A stretch of 64,000 bases of DNA from Macrostomum lignano (Eukaryota), in contig NIVC01002466.1 in assembly GCA_002269645.1 (NCBI GenBank), positions 81,581 to 145,580 on the forward strand, given 5' to 3'. The position numbers were made by a program, and so were the translations under genes. Below the pieces are notes generated by a model. The model worked only from the letters and a program-made list of their open reading frames with translations. It searched no databases and had not been told where the DNA came from. Positions 1-12,588 of the stretch are shown in pieces (position 1 is the first letter of the stretch; each line of letters opens with the position of its first letter).

Positions 1-302
1 GGTTGATAGGCATAGATATGTAAATCTCGTACAATTGGTTGAAAAAATAATGAAATATAAATCCAACAGCCTAAATATTAATAAATTTATGATAGAAATT
101 TCTGTTTAAAAAATTGTAAATCTCGCAGCACGCGGTTAGCAGAAAAAAAGCACAACTGAAAAAAAGCCCAGCTGTATGGGAAATGAATGCCACTGATATC
201 AATAATAGATGTATAAATATAGAGTGATGCAATGCAAATACGAGGCCGCGCAGCGAGAGCGCTACAGAAGCCAAGGAATATTAAAAGCAAAAGAAAACTT
301 GT

Positions 303-3300
303 TCAGTGGTCGGTGCAGTAGCCGGACTCCGTGCTGTGCTGCGACCCCTGCCGCAGCGGCGTCTCCGTCACCATGGTGGCGCCGCTGCCATGACAGGCCG
401 CTGTACAGCTGTGCGCTGATTGGATGAGCGACAGCCAATGGGAGCGCTCGGCCGCGTTCTGCCCGAAAGACAGGCAGAGGCTGACAGCGGCCGTAGCCGC
501 CGGAGGCTGCGGTTTCCAGCGCTGGCTGCTCGTCTGGTGACGCTTGCTGCAAGACAGGAAGATTATAGATTTCTTCCATTTTTCGATACATATCGGTGGA
601 GGCAAATTATTTTTTGACTGAGTGGACTATTTTTACTTCGAACAGCTCGGGCAATATCTGTTCAATTGACTACGCTAGTTCGCTATGCAGTAAAGTTCTC
701 TTTTTCTATTACATATCGATACATATCGGGACTCTTCCTTTAAATTCATCTCGGCTCCTTCCTTAAATACTTCAAGGAGACATGTGTATATTAACTGATT
801 CGGTCTATAGAAAACAAGTATTTTTCGATACATATCGGTACACCGCGACTCGGAACCTACCCGACAATGCCCCAATTGTTAGACTTTGACGCCAGCTGAA
901 CTCCGCGCAGATTCAGCTGGGCTACGCCGCTGGTGGAGGCGGACAGGCCGCAGAGCAGCAGCAGCTGTCGGCAGCGCAGATTCTCGTGCCCCACGGCAGC
1001 GGAGGCGGTCGCGGCGTCGCCCCGGCTGCTGGCGCCAGACGAGTGCGCCGACTCCTCCACCTTGGCAACAATCAGTAGGTCGGAGAAGAGCAGCAGCACG
1101 GCTGGCCCGCGTTTCGGCATGACCTGCACCAGGCCTGGTGCGGTCTTTTCCAGCACGCGAGTCTGGCGCTGAAGAAGCCACCGCCACGGCTCCAGCAGGC
1201 CGGCAGGCAGACAGGCTTCGCTCAGCAGGAGCTTCTTGGCCAGACAGCGCCTGTCCTGCTCCCGCATGGCGCAGTCGATGGCGGTCAGCCGGGCCTGCAC
1301 GATGTCGAAGGCCTGCCGAACCCTGCCAGCCTCGGCGTCATTGTCCAGCGAGCTGAGGTAGCCGGCCAAGCGGCTCAGGATCAGCGGGTACCTGCGGCAG
1401 CGGGGGCGGGGATTTGGGAAGGCGGAGCTTAACTTGGGATTAAATATTGGGGGACAGAGATTCACAGATCAGATTAGCGGGATTAAATATTGGGGGACAG
1501 AGATTCACAGATCAGATTAGCGGGATTAAATATTGGGGGACAGAGTTTCACAGATCAGATTAGCGGGATTAAATATTGGGATCGGGGATCCCAGATTCAC
1601 AGATCAGATTAGCGGGATTAAATATTGGGATCGGGGATCCCAGATTCACAGATCAGATAATTGGGATTAAATATTGGGATCGGGGATCCCAGATTCACAG
1701 ATCAGATTAGCGGGATCAAATATTGGGATTGAGGATCCCAGATTCACAGATCAGATTATTGGGATCGGGGATCCCTGATTCACAGATCAGATTAGCGGGA
1801 TCAAATATTGGGATCGGGGATCCCAGATTCACAGATCAGATTAGCGGGATTAAATATTGGGATCGGGGATCCCAGATTCACAGATCAGATAATTGGGATT
1901 AAATATTGGGATCGGGGATCCCAGATTCACAGATCAGATAAGTGGGATCAAATATTGGGATTGAGGATCCCAGATTCACAGATCAGATGTGGGATCAAAT
2001 ATTGGGATAGAGGATCCCAGATTCACAGATCAGATAAGTGGGATCAAATATTGGGATTGAGGATCCCAGATTCACAGATCAGATAAGTGGGATCAAATAT
2101 TGGGATTGAGGATCCCAGATTCACAGATCAGATTAGTGGGATCAAATATTGGGATTAAGGATCCCAGATTCACATATCAGATAAGTGGGATCAAATATTG
2201 GGATTGAGCATCCCAGATTCACAGATCAGATTAGTGGGATCAAATATTGGGATTGAGGATCCCAGATTCACAGATCAGATAAGTGGGATCAAATATTGGG
2301 ATTGAGGATCCCAGATTCACAGATCAGATAAGTGGGATTAAATATTGGGATTGGGGATCCCAGATTCACAGATCAGATAAGTGGGATTAAATATTGGGAT
2401 TGGGGATCCCAGATTCACAGATCAGATTAGTGGGATCAAATATTAGGGTTGAGGATCCCAGATTTACAGATCAGATAAGTGGGATCAAATATTCGGATTG
2501 AGGATCACAGACTCACAGATCAGGCAATTGGGATCAAATATTAGAATAAGGAGTTCCCCGTGTGCTGTAAATCCCACTGCTGTTTGATACGAACTAGGTT
2601 GAACCCAAGCGTAAACAAATGCTGGGAAGCAGTGTTAAAAATATCCTGTCGGATAATTAGAATCGCAGATACTAAAGGAAGATTCTCGAATTTAATTTCC
2701 CCAAAAAATGAAAGCCTTCAAAGGTACCAAAGGCTGAGGCTGGATCACGCGGCAGGCGCGTGCCGGCCTCCTTCACAGAGAAGTGCAGCCACAAGAACCG
2801 CGCCAATTAATTGAGCACACACCTGAGCAGCAGTAAACTTCAGGCACAATTTCCCTAGTGCACTACTTACATGCAGCTAGTGAGGGCACGCTACTGGTTT
2901 ACTGCACGCTAATCAGTAAAGATATCGATAAGCATAATATGGATAGTATGGATTCAAGGACTGGGATCATTGGATTCGGGACTGGATCATTGGATTCGGG
3001 ACTGGATCATTGGATTCGGGACTGGATCATTGGATTCGGGACTGGATCATTGGATTCGGGACTGGATCATTGGATTCGGGACTGGATCATTGGATTCGGG
3101 ACTGGATCATTGGATTCGGGACTGGGATCATTGGATTCGGGACTGGATCATTGGATTCGGGACTGGGATCATTGGATTCGGGACTGGATCATTGGATTCG
3201 GGACTGGGATCATTGGATTCGGGACTGGATCATTGGATTCGGGACTGGATCATTGGCTTCAGGGACTGGGATCATTGGATTCAGGGACTGGGATCATTGG

Positions 3301-5544
3301 ATTCGGGACGTGATCATTGTCTTCAGGGACTGGGATCATTGGATTCGGGACTGGATCATTGTCTTCGGGGACTGGGATCATTGGATTCGGGACTGGATCA
3401 TTGTCTTCGGGGACTGGGATCATTGGATTCGGGACTGGATCATTGTCTTCAGGGACTGGGATCATTGGATTCAGGACTGGATCATTGTCTTCGGGGACTG
3501 GGATCATTGGATTCGGGACTGGGATCATTGGATTCAGGGACAGGGATCATTGGATTCAGAGACTGGGATCATTGGATTCGGGACTGGGATCATTGGATTC
3601 AGGACTGGGATCATTGGATTCAGGGACTGGGATCATTGGATTCAGGACTGGATCATTGTCTTCGGGGACTGGGATCATTGGATTCGGGACTGGGATCATT
3701 GGATTCAGGGACAGGGATCATTGGATTCAGAGACTGGGATCATTGGATTCGGGACTGGGATCATTGGATTCAGGACTGGGATCATTGGATTCAGGGACTG
3801 GGATCATTGGATTCAGGACTGGGATCATTTGATTCGGGACGGGGATCATGGATTTTGGATCCTATAAAAAGGCATTCAAAGCAGGCCAGTATGAATTCCC
3901 ACCTGGCCATATGAGACTTCGGCTCGTGCAGGTGGCTCCACAAATCGAGGCCTTCCAACGAGCGCCGGACTGTCAGGCAGCGCTGAATGAAATCGCGAAA
4001 CTTCGTCCGCCTACGCAGCCGATCGTAGGCCTGGCGCGACTGGTCCAGGTGAGTGCAGTAGGCCACCAGGCGGCCCAGCGAGCCGTCCTCGGCCGACTCC
4101 TCGGTGGCCCATTCGAGCAGAGCGGAGCCGCAGCCGCTGCGGGCGTTCAAACGAGAAGGAATTGGTTAGTTTGGATTTACCGATACACTGCTGTACATCG
4201 TGAACGGACCGCGAGCATGTAGGCTTGTGTCATCTCTTGTAGCAGCAGCGGGGTGGCCAAGAGGGGCTCTCAGCGTCTTGGGGAATGCCAGTTCATATAA
4301 CAGGCCCCATTGCATTTGAAGGGGCGCCATGGCATCTGAGGGGGCGCCATTGCATCTGAGGGGGCGCCATGGCATCTGAGGGGGCGCCATGGCATCTGAG
4401 GGGGCACAGTTGCATCTGAGGGGACGCCATTGCATCTGAGGGGGCACAGTTGCATCTGAGGGGGCACAGTTGCATCTGAGGGGACGCCATTGCATCTGAG
4501 GGGCGCCATTGCATCTGAGGGGGCACCGTTGCATCTGAGGGGACGCCATTGCATCTGAGGGGCGCCATTGCATCTGAGGGGGCACCGTTGCATCTGAGGG
4601 GACGCCATTGCATCTGAGGGGCGCCATTGCATCTGAGGGGGCACCGTTGCATCTGAGGCGGCGCTAATGTATTTAATGGGGCGCCATTGCATCTGTGCCA
4701 AATGGGACTCAGATTGTGGTGAAATTCATTCGAAATAAAGTTCTGGCATTATGAGTGTTCAATGCAGCTCACCCAGCATCCCAACAAGCTTCATCATCAT
4801 CGCAGCCGCCTCTGCCGCAGCGCATTCGCTGCAGGCACGGCCTCAGCCGGTTAACAAGCCGGGCGGGGCCGCGCCAAGCCAGGCTAGGCAGGGTGTGGAA
4901 CATCTCGCGAACGTCCGCCTCCGGTATGCCAGAGGTCTGCAGCAGCGGCTCGTAGTACACCCGCAGTGCGCACTCCAGCCGCTGGTAGAAGCGGGACTCC
5001 AAGTCCAGCAGCTCCTGCAGGCAGGCGCGGACGTCCAGCTGCCGACGGCTCAAGCAACCGCCGGCTGGGGCGGCAGCGGCGGCGTCAGCCGAGTCTGCAG
5101 CGACTTCGCCGGCTCCTCCGACGCTGCCATCAACGCCAACGGCGGCTTCCGGCGGCGGGCTCTCGCAGACAACTGGCGCATTCCGGCGGCCAGGCAGCAG
5201 GCTGATCAGGGAGGCCAGCCGCGACAGTCCGCGGTGCCCGCCGCCGCCGCCGCTGCCACCGACGCTGGCGCGATTTCTCCTCAGGCCGATAGCGGTGGCT
5301 GCCGAGGTGGCCGAAGTTGCCGTCGTGGCCATGGAGTGCACGCTGCGCCTGGAGGCCATGGAGTGCAGGGACCAGGCATCGGCATCGGACTCGCTGCCGC
5401 TTGGCTGGCGATGAATGCGGGTCAGCTGCGGGGCGGTGAAAGCTCTCATGTGAATCTCAGACGGTGACATAAGTGCGAACAGACAGGACAGCTTACCCTT
5501 TTGAATACCAGCAGGTCCTCGGGAAAATCATCTTCATTGGACAT
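303..5544 (-). CDS. Spliced Dbl-family RhoGEF (DH-PH). Exons: 5544-5497 (tentative), ~5450-4773, 4136-3903, 1391-861, 546-303
   Basis: DH motifs LQELLDLESRFYQRL, YCTHLDQSRQAY..KFRDFI and HEPKSHMAR|YPLIL. PH motifs RWLLQRQ..LLLFSDLLIVAK and LSFGQNAAERSHWLSLIQSA. GT-AG introns 4772-4137, 3902-1392 and 860-547 all join in compatible phase 2. The 5' end is less certain. Confidence 0.88.
1436..2545 (+). repeat. Intronic minisatellite, 49-bp unit (first units 43 bp), ~23 copies
   Basis: Unit GGGATCAAATATTGGGATTGAGGATCCCAGATTCACAGATCAGATAAGT read directly; lies in RhoGEF intron 1392-3902. Confidence 0.97.
2941..3860 (+). repeat. Intronic minisatellite, 20/21-bp unit (G)GGATCATTGGATTCGGGACT
   Basis: Direct tandem copies; 171-bp higher-order block repeated at 3481 and 3652. 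Confidence 0.97.
4311..4697 (+). repeat. Intronic minisatellite, 20/21-bp unit TTGCATCTGAGGGGGCGCCA
   Basis: Direct tandem copies inside RhoGEF intron 4137-4772. Confidence 0.96.
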
Positions 5545-7954
5545 TGCAATTGCTGGTTGAAGGCTGTGTTTTTTAAGGACCCAGCAAAAAAAACAATTGA
5601 AAGTGTTTTACAGTCTAGGCTTTTAATCTTTATATGTCATTTTTGAAGTAAAAAAATGAGAGAAGCGAAGGTGCAGAGAGAGCTACTATAAGTATATATA
5701 TTTCAATATAAAAAGTAGAAAGTTGGGGATGACTTCTCCCAAAGCCTACAATTTCAAGATGAGTCTACTTTATAAATAATAATAACCTATCAAATATAAC
5801 TTCCCATTCTTTGCAGGGCTCTGAGTACCTTGGTGCAATGCCTTTTGGAATATTGCTCTATAACCAATATAGAAAAGTTTTGCTTATTCCACTGATTAAT
5901 GAGCATATATACAATGCAAGCATATTTAAGATACTATAAGCAGGCATGCAGGATGCAAGAGTCAAAGCTAGCTATCTATAAAGAATTCTTTGTATCCAAG
6001 GATGCTTGCTATCTGGGAGATGCTTGCTATCTGGGGTCTTTGTTACTTGTACAGAGCAGAAATTCTATCCAGATGTCCCCATTGGGGGCGAAGATTGCTA
6101 GTCATCAGTTATACTAAAAATGAAAATCTTATTATCAATCATCAAATATACAAAAAATGAAAATAGATTTCTGGATGCTGGCAAACAGCCTACCCTAGGC
6201 CTGGCTAGTCTTATTGACTAAAAACAGAAAAGCAAAATTGCTAATAAGATATGAGTAATAATAAACTAATTTGCAATTGCAAATAAAAATCTAGAATTTT
6301 CTTTAATATATGAATTTAAAGGTTACAAAAATATATTACTAAGTAGGCTTAGACTTGTTTAAGTCCTTGTGTATAAAAAGTTCCAATTTTAATAAGATTA
6401 TAATCTTGGTCTCTTTATGGTTTTTAAAAATGCTACTTTTAAACTTTAACTTTATTTTTAATTTAGCTTTAAACTATTCATTTAGGTATGAGGGTTTAAG
6501 AATAGAGAAATTTTCATAGGGTCAAAAGTGATTTCATATATCTATTCCTTAATAAAAGCATAGAGCCCAATTGATATTTAGATATATTAATAAGGGTATT
6601 AAATATATTAATCGTTGCTTTGGAGACCACCTAGATATTAATATTAAAACCTATTATTAGGCCTAAGTTAATATATGCAATCACTATAAAAATATTTAAA
6701 ATCATATATAAGCCAAAACTATACCAAAACCAAAGCCCCAAAGGCAATTTTATTATTTTTTAATTTGTCTTAGATTAGATAAGCCCTACCTAATTAACCT
6801 CTAGCAAGTTTGATAAAATTAAGAAAATCAAAAATATTTTTATTTTAATTTTAAGAAGTCTATATCCATTTGCTAAAACCAAGTGAGTATATTATTAAAA
6901 CACTCTTATACTGAATGCACTTTTATCAAACAATAAAAATCTTTTATAATAAACAAAAATTCATTTTGTTCCTAGTAGATCTAGACATAGTAGATTAATA
7001 AAAACTTATAAAAACAAAAATAATACTTATAGAATTGTGAACAGACACTCTAGTGCAATACTCTTGATTAAAATGGCATAGCAGGCCCCTATCTATCATA
7101 GCTAGCAATATAGCAGTTTAAAATGATCTTGAATTAATAATTGATACAATAAAATTGATATATATTTGGTTGATAATTTTATTAATGATTGTCACTGACA
7201 GTGTCAGGCATCAGCATATATCAGCATACTCCTTGACTTTAGACTGTTGGGTTATGAGCAAATTACATGACAAATGGAAACCTCTATCTATTTTTGTGCA
7301 CAAGAGCCAGATTAATATGGCCATGACAATATTTTGAATTTCAACACAATATAATAGTAAATTTATATTATTAAGCAGTAAATTTAACAGCTTCTACTAC
7401 TTTCTAGGCTTCTAGCATCTAGATTCATTCATGGTTCAAGAATTAAATTTGATTCATGATCGCCGCGATTCGCCAGATATTAAATACAAAGCATCGACCA
7501 CTCATAATCGAACATACGCTCGTAATAATTACTTCATTCACTATAGATACCGTCTGGCAAGTATGAACCTTACCGAGCCGTTCTAGCCGGTCACAAACAT
7601 CTAGCTCCGTCAGGCAAAGGGCACAAAAGCGCGGGTGCTAAGTGCAAGGACTTAAGGGATTAATTTCAAATTCGTGCACCTACTGTAAGTTCGCAGAATT
7701 CTATAACAAACTCTAGCGTAGTCCAAAAGCAATACTTTCTAATTGCTGCTGAAAAGGTGCCTTTTACTTTTTTGCTGAGAAAAGACCTAAAATTGCCTAT
7801 TCTCATGTAGATAGGAAAAACTTTAGTGGCTTTATCGAGTGGTTTTAAACATCGGATTTTCTTAGAAATGATTTTTCTTATTTGATGTTTAACCAGGAAA
7901 AAAATTCTTGGATTCGATAAGGAAATGCATTGTTCGATTCCTTTTTTCCACAAG

Positions 7955-9962
7955 GTTTATAAGAATCATGAAAAATATTATGTAAGTATATTAACTCATG
8001 TTTGAGCAGCGTAAATATCAAGTAGCACCTTGAAAGGCTGGATTTAATGTGGTCCTTATTATTTAATTTCTGAATTTACCTCATTTTTGCTAGAAGGTAT
8101 CTAATAAAGTTATCAGTTCAGGCAAAGGCAGTATAGTAAGTTTAAACAGTATTGTCATAATTAAAAAACCGATTAAACTACGACAGCCCAAATTATGAAA
8201 AAAAACTAAAATGCTATCAATGTGATAGTGAATCCACTTTGGCATGTGAAATGGTCATAAATTATTTTTTATTTGAAATTAATGAGAAGGCATTGTAACT
8301 ACAGCTTTATTTCTGACTCTCTGTACTTAGGAGTTCGTTATCAACATTCGCAACGAAGAGGGATGCTGCAAAATTATACACCGGCGCTACAATCAGTTTT
8401 TTAATTTTCAGGTAGCTATAGTTTGCATATATTTTTCTGTGTTCAATGTTTTGATATGTTTAACAAATACAGTGTAAATATAACTTAATTTCATAATTGC
8501 TCAATTTTTCAGCATCAAATAATGGAACTTTTCCCAAAAGAGGCTGGTTGTAAACACCCAGAGGAGCGATTGATCCCAGTGCTGCCAGGAAAAGTTTTAA
8601 TCCGTACAAAAAAGGAGCGCGAGGTAGCAGCTAAAAGGCGACCATTACTGGAGGAATACTGCAATGTAAGTATGGCTAATACTGCACTTAGCTAAAACTT
8701 TAGAAGTGCAATTTTACTAAGCTCAAACTTTTTCCTCTCTTACCAGAGCATTTTTCAGCTACCAGATTTCATTCAGCGGCACCGACACGTCATTCAGTTC
8801 TTTTCCTGCTCCGAGGACGACGCTAGAAAATCTTCTCAGAAAGAGTGAGCGTGCACTTTTATTTAGCAAGCTTTCTAGTATGAGAATCAGACGGTCTACT
8901 CTTGTCAAAAAGAAGCTGCCCCTTTCAGGCAAAACCATGCATGCTTGCCAACTTCAGGCGGCCGCAGGCAACTCCGGCAGACATTTCAACTCCGGCGGTT
9001 GCGCCGCTCTATTTAGTGACTCGCGGCCACTCCTGTCGCGACGCTCACGGTGTTGAATTCGGCGCTGAGGCCGGCGACGCGGCGTCGGTGCTGCGACGGG
9101 CCGACACCGGCTACTGGCTTGTGGAGGTCGGCGGCCGGGTCGGCTGGTTCCCCACGCAGTTCCTCACGCCAGCGACGCGAGCCGACTCGCCGAGCTCACC
9201 GTCCGAGCCGGTGTCGGACTCCACCGATGCGTTCGTCGTCTGTGTCAGCAACTGCGCAACGTCGGATTCGGAGCGGCTGACGCAGCCGGCGCTCGGCGAT
9301 TTGGTGGTGGCCGAGTCGCGCTCGGAGTCCGGCTGGTGGACGGTGCGCTGGGGCCACCAGCGGCTAACTGTGGCCGCCGTCGGCCTGCGCCCAGTTGCCG
9401 AGCAGCTGCTGGACCGCGGTCTCCTTGGTGGACAGCTTCGTCCCGCTGATCGAGCTGCGGCGGCGCCTCCTCCGAGACCGCCCCCACCGCCGGCAAAGCC
9501 GACGCTTCCGACGCCACCGCCGCTGCCACCGCCGCCGCCTCCAGTAAAATCGCCTCATCCGCCACCGCCAATGCCGCCTCTTCCGATGCAGATTCGAGAA
9601 CAGACTGCAGTAACAGCGGTAAGAGCTCTTGGATACAACTGCTGTGCTTCTCAGAAGCTGCCGTTTCTGACGGTCAGTTATGACCATAGAGGGCCATTCA
9701 ACCGTCAGCTGCAGACATCTGACCTCCTCCTTCAAATCTGCTCCAGCCATCGCCATCGGCAGCTCCTCTGCCTCCGAAAGCGGCTCCCAGGTGGCCTGCC
9801 CGAGGCGATTCGGCGGCGTCGTCAGCTGCTCTGCCTCATCCGGCGACAGCGTCCGAGGCTGGACAGGCCGGTATAGCCAAGACAGGACAAGAAAGCCAGC
9901 AGCTTCATCGTCCGTCAGGCCGGGTCAAATCCATGGCAAGCAGATTTGAGGGGGTCATCTGA
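7955..9962 (+). CDS. SH3PXD2-like: PX-SH3-SH3-proline-rich scaffold of the Tks4/Tks5/p47phox (NOX organiser) family. Exons 7955-7981, 8331-8411, 8513-8665, 8746-8844, 8958-9618, 9747-9962; 5' end unresolved
   Basis: Spliced PX reads KYY|EFVINIR..HRRYNQFFNFQ|HQIMELFPKEAG..RLIPVLPGKVLIR..EVAAKRRPLLEEYCN|SIFQLP. This is colinear with Tks5 as I recall it ([31 protein letters not shown]). SH3 motifs GYWLV..GWFPTQFL and SGWWTV, then polyproline. Canonical GT-AG junctions. Confidence 0.88.
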
Positions 9963-10087
9963 TTTGACTTCCTAAAGCAACTCTACTGAATCAGAGGTGA
10001 AGGAGTGAACAAAATCGTATGTGAACTTGAGAGACCCCGTTTGCTAGCCAGATTTTTGTTCTATGGTGCAATTTCTGAATAACTCAC

Positions 10088-10645
10088 TGGCTAGACAGCA
10101 ACACATCCGGCTAGTAACACATCCGGCTAGTAACACATCCGGCTAGCAACACATCCGGCTAGCAACACATCTGGCTAGCAACACATCTGGCTAGCAACAC
10201 ATCTGACTAGCAACACATCCGGTTAGCAACACATCTGACTAGAAACACATCCGGCTATTAACACATCCGGCTAGCAACACATCTGACTAGCAACACATCT
10301 GACTAGCAACACATCCGGCTAGCAACACATCTGACTAACACACATCTGACTAGAAACACATCCGGCTATTAACACATCCGGCTAGCAACACATCTGACTA
10401 GAAACACATCCGGCTAGTAACACATCCGGCTAGCAACACATCTGACTAAAAACACATCCGGCTAGTAACACATCCGGCTAGCAACACATCCGGCTAGCAA
10501 CACATCCGGCTAGCAACACATCTGACTAGAAACACATCCGGCTAGTAACACATCCGGCTAGCAACACATCCGGCTAGCAACACATCCGGCTAGCAACACA
10601 TCTGACTAGAAACACATCCGGCTAGCAACACATCCGGCTAGCAGC
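10088..10645 (+). repeat. 16-bp minisatellite GCTAGCAACACATCCG (copy 1, ~35 units)
   Basis: Direct tandem repeats with CCGG/CTGA variants. Confidence 0.96.
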
Positions 10646-11240
10646 ACAACCAAGAGCAAATGTCATAGACCCATTTATCTGCACAGTTAAATCAAAATGA
10701 TTTATCACTTTTTTCAATCGATTGCTGTCGCAAAAAAAGTTGAATTTAACTGATATTTTTTTATCTTTCAATGAGTCAACCTAGTATGTTATTCGATCGA
10801 ATGAAATACACTCCAAATGTTGTCTATCGCTGCCTTCTTTTGCTTGTTTTGTAGGCGCCATATTCCGAAAAAGTAAGAAAAAAATGTCAGGACGCATCGC
10901 TGTTTCTGTGCTCTGAATTTCCGTGCTTCAATTGTCGTGCACAGTCTCTCACCCCTCATCTCAATGTAGCTCCTGTTGTGTTTGACTTGAGCTCCGATAA
11001 TTTGCTAGTAAAAAGCTGCGATTTGAGCTGCTCGCGATTTGCTATATATTTATGCTAGCGTACTGCACTTTAACAAGTTAAATATCCGTTGAAACCGCGC
11101 ACGAGAGAAACAACCAAATACTGTACGATGAGCGATGAGTCTGTGGATGACGCAATTTAGACCGAGAGTAAACGACAATGGGTGACGCATAGCGTACTTT
11201 AAACTAACCCCCAAGCACAGGTATGCGTCCGCCATAACAG

Positions 11241-11436
11241 CTCCCTTCATCTCACTTACTTCCCTCCCCTCATCTCACTTACTTCCCTCCCTTCATCTCA
11301 CTTACTTCTCTCCCTTCATCTCACTTACTTCCCTCTCTTCATCTCACTCTTACTTCCCTCCCTTCATCTCACTCTTACTTCCCTCCCTTCATTTCACTCT
11401 TACTTCCCTCCCTTCATCTCACTCTTACTTCCCTCC
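11241..11436 (+). repeat. 23/25-bp pyrimidine-rich minisatellite CTTCATCTCAC(TC)TTACTTCCCTCC (copy 1)
   Basis: Direct tandem repeats. Confidence 0.95.
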
Positions 11437-12588
11437 GCAAATTTGCACCTCCCTACCCCCTGCTCCTTCGCTCAACCCACTAAGAGGTCTCGCCTCATCT
11501 GCTGCGCCTGCAGTCTTTAAGCTCCCTCTATCCCTCCCTCTTACTATTCTTTTTCTGCATTCAAATTTTCTATTTTCTACTATTGGCAATAAATATATTC
11601 AATACCTTTGCTCCTCTTTTCCATTAGGCACATGCGCCTCATCTTTTGTTGATAAAAAAACGAAATAATAATGATGTGTCGCCATCCTGGCGCAACGCCT
11701 TCGGTGAAATCGTCTCACAAGCAGCAGTAAAGCAGTTCTGCTCATTTCGCTGCTGACGAAAAATGCCACGACGAATGTTTTTGTCACAAGCTCGAAATGA
11801 AAATGTGGCGGCTCCCGGAATCGAACCAAAATTCGTGACTGTAAGGTCTAGGTTTGCGTGCTGAAAAAAAGGTGATTCAATATATACTCTTATATCTGTC
11901 AGTCATATTGGGGTCATGCTGTCCGAGGCCCTGTCTGACCGCCAGAGGGCAGACCTTTAGAGTACCGAGACATGGATTCCAACAGGGTTGCACTCAAGTA
12001 GAAAGAAAATGCCGCTTACACTACGCATTCGAGATTGGGGACGAGCGAGGCATTTACATAACACTTCATTGCCGGCCCGTCCAAGCGACCTGTTGCGCCG
12101 TCGGCGACTCCAGCTGGATGGCCACATCATCCATTTGTTCTGGCCAGAGTTTATTTAGGAGGTGCGGCTGCTTTCGCCGGTGAAGGTAGCCTATGAAGGC
12201 GCGAACAGGTGGGCCATGGATTCTACCTGAGGCCCCATATCGAGTGCCAAGTGACGCTGTTTTGAGGGACCTTCTGGGACAACTCGTATTGTTATTTTGC
12301 GTTGACAGACAATTGCTGCAATAAGAATTAATGGACTGCATCTAGAATAAGAAAGTGTTTAGCTCAGACTGAATCGGAGACACGCTCAAGGGTCAATCAA
12401 GGATCAAGGGTCAATATATTATCCTTGATGTAATTCTTGTCTGCATCAAGACACTCGATATTCCAAAATTGTGAACCATATCAAAAAGGTCTCTTCATAC
12501 GAGCGTGTGTATAGTGTGTTCTTCAGGTTTAGTGTGTCCACACAAGTTGCTTGGAGCAGTAATATTTTCCTATTCGGTTATCCCAAAA

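Noticed and set aside
3481-3822. 171-bp period as alpha-satellite/centromeric
   Set aside because: Only two copies and no sequence resemblance; length coincidence.
2858-3914. Long ORFs (GSLDSGLDHWIRDW..)
   Set aside because: Translations of the 20/21-bp satellite inside a phase-consistent RhoGEF intron.
1436-4697. CRISPR-like appearance of regular repeats
   Set aside because: Units are contiguous with no unique spacers, there are no cas genes, and the context is eukaryotic intron.
5600-7440. AT-rich stretch as an organellar insertion
   Set aside because: No rRNA, tRNA or respiratory-gene motifs recognised.
9619-9876. C-terminal part of the 324-aa ORF (VRALGYNCC..)
   Set aside because: A GTAAG donor at 9619 and an acceptor at 9746 give a better last exon in another frame.
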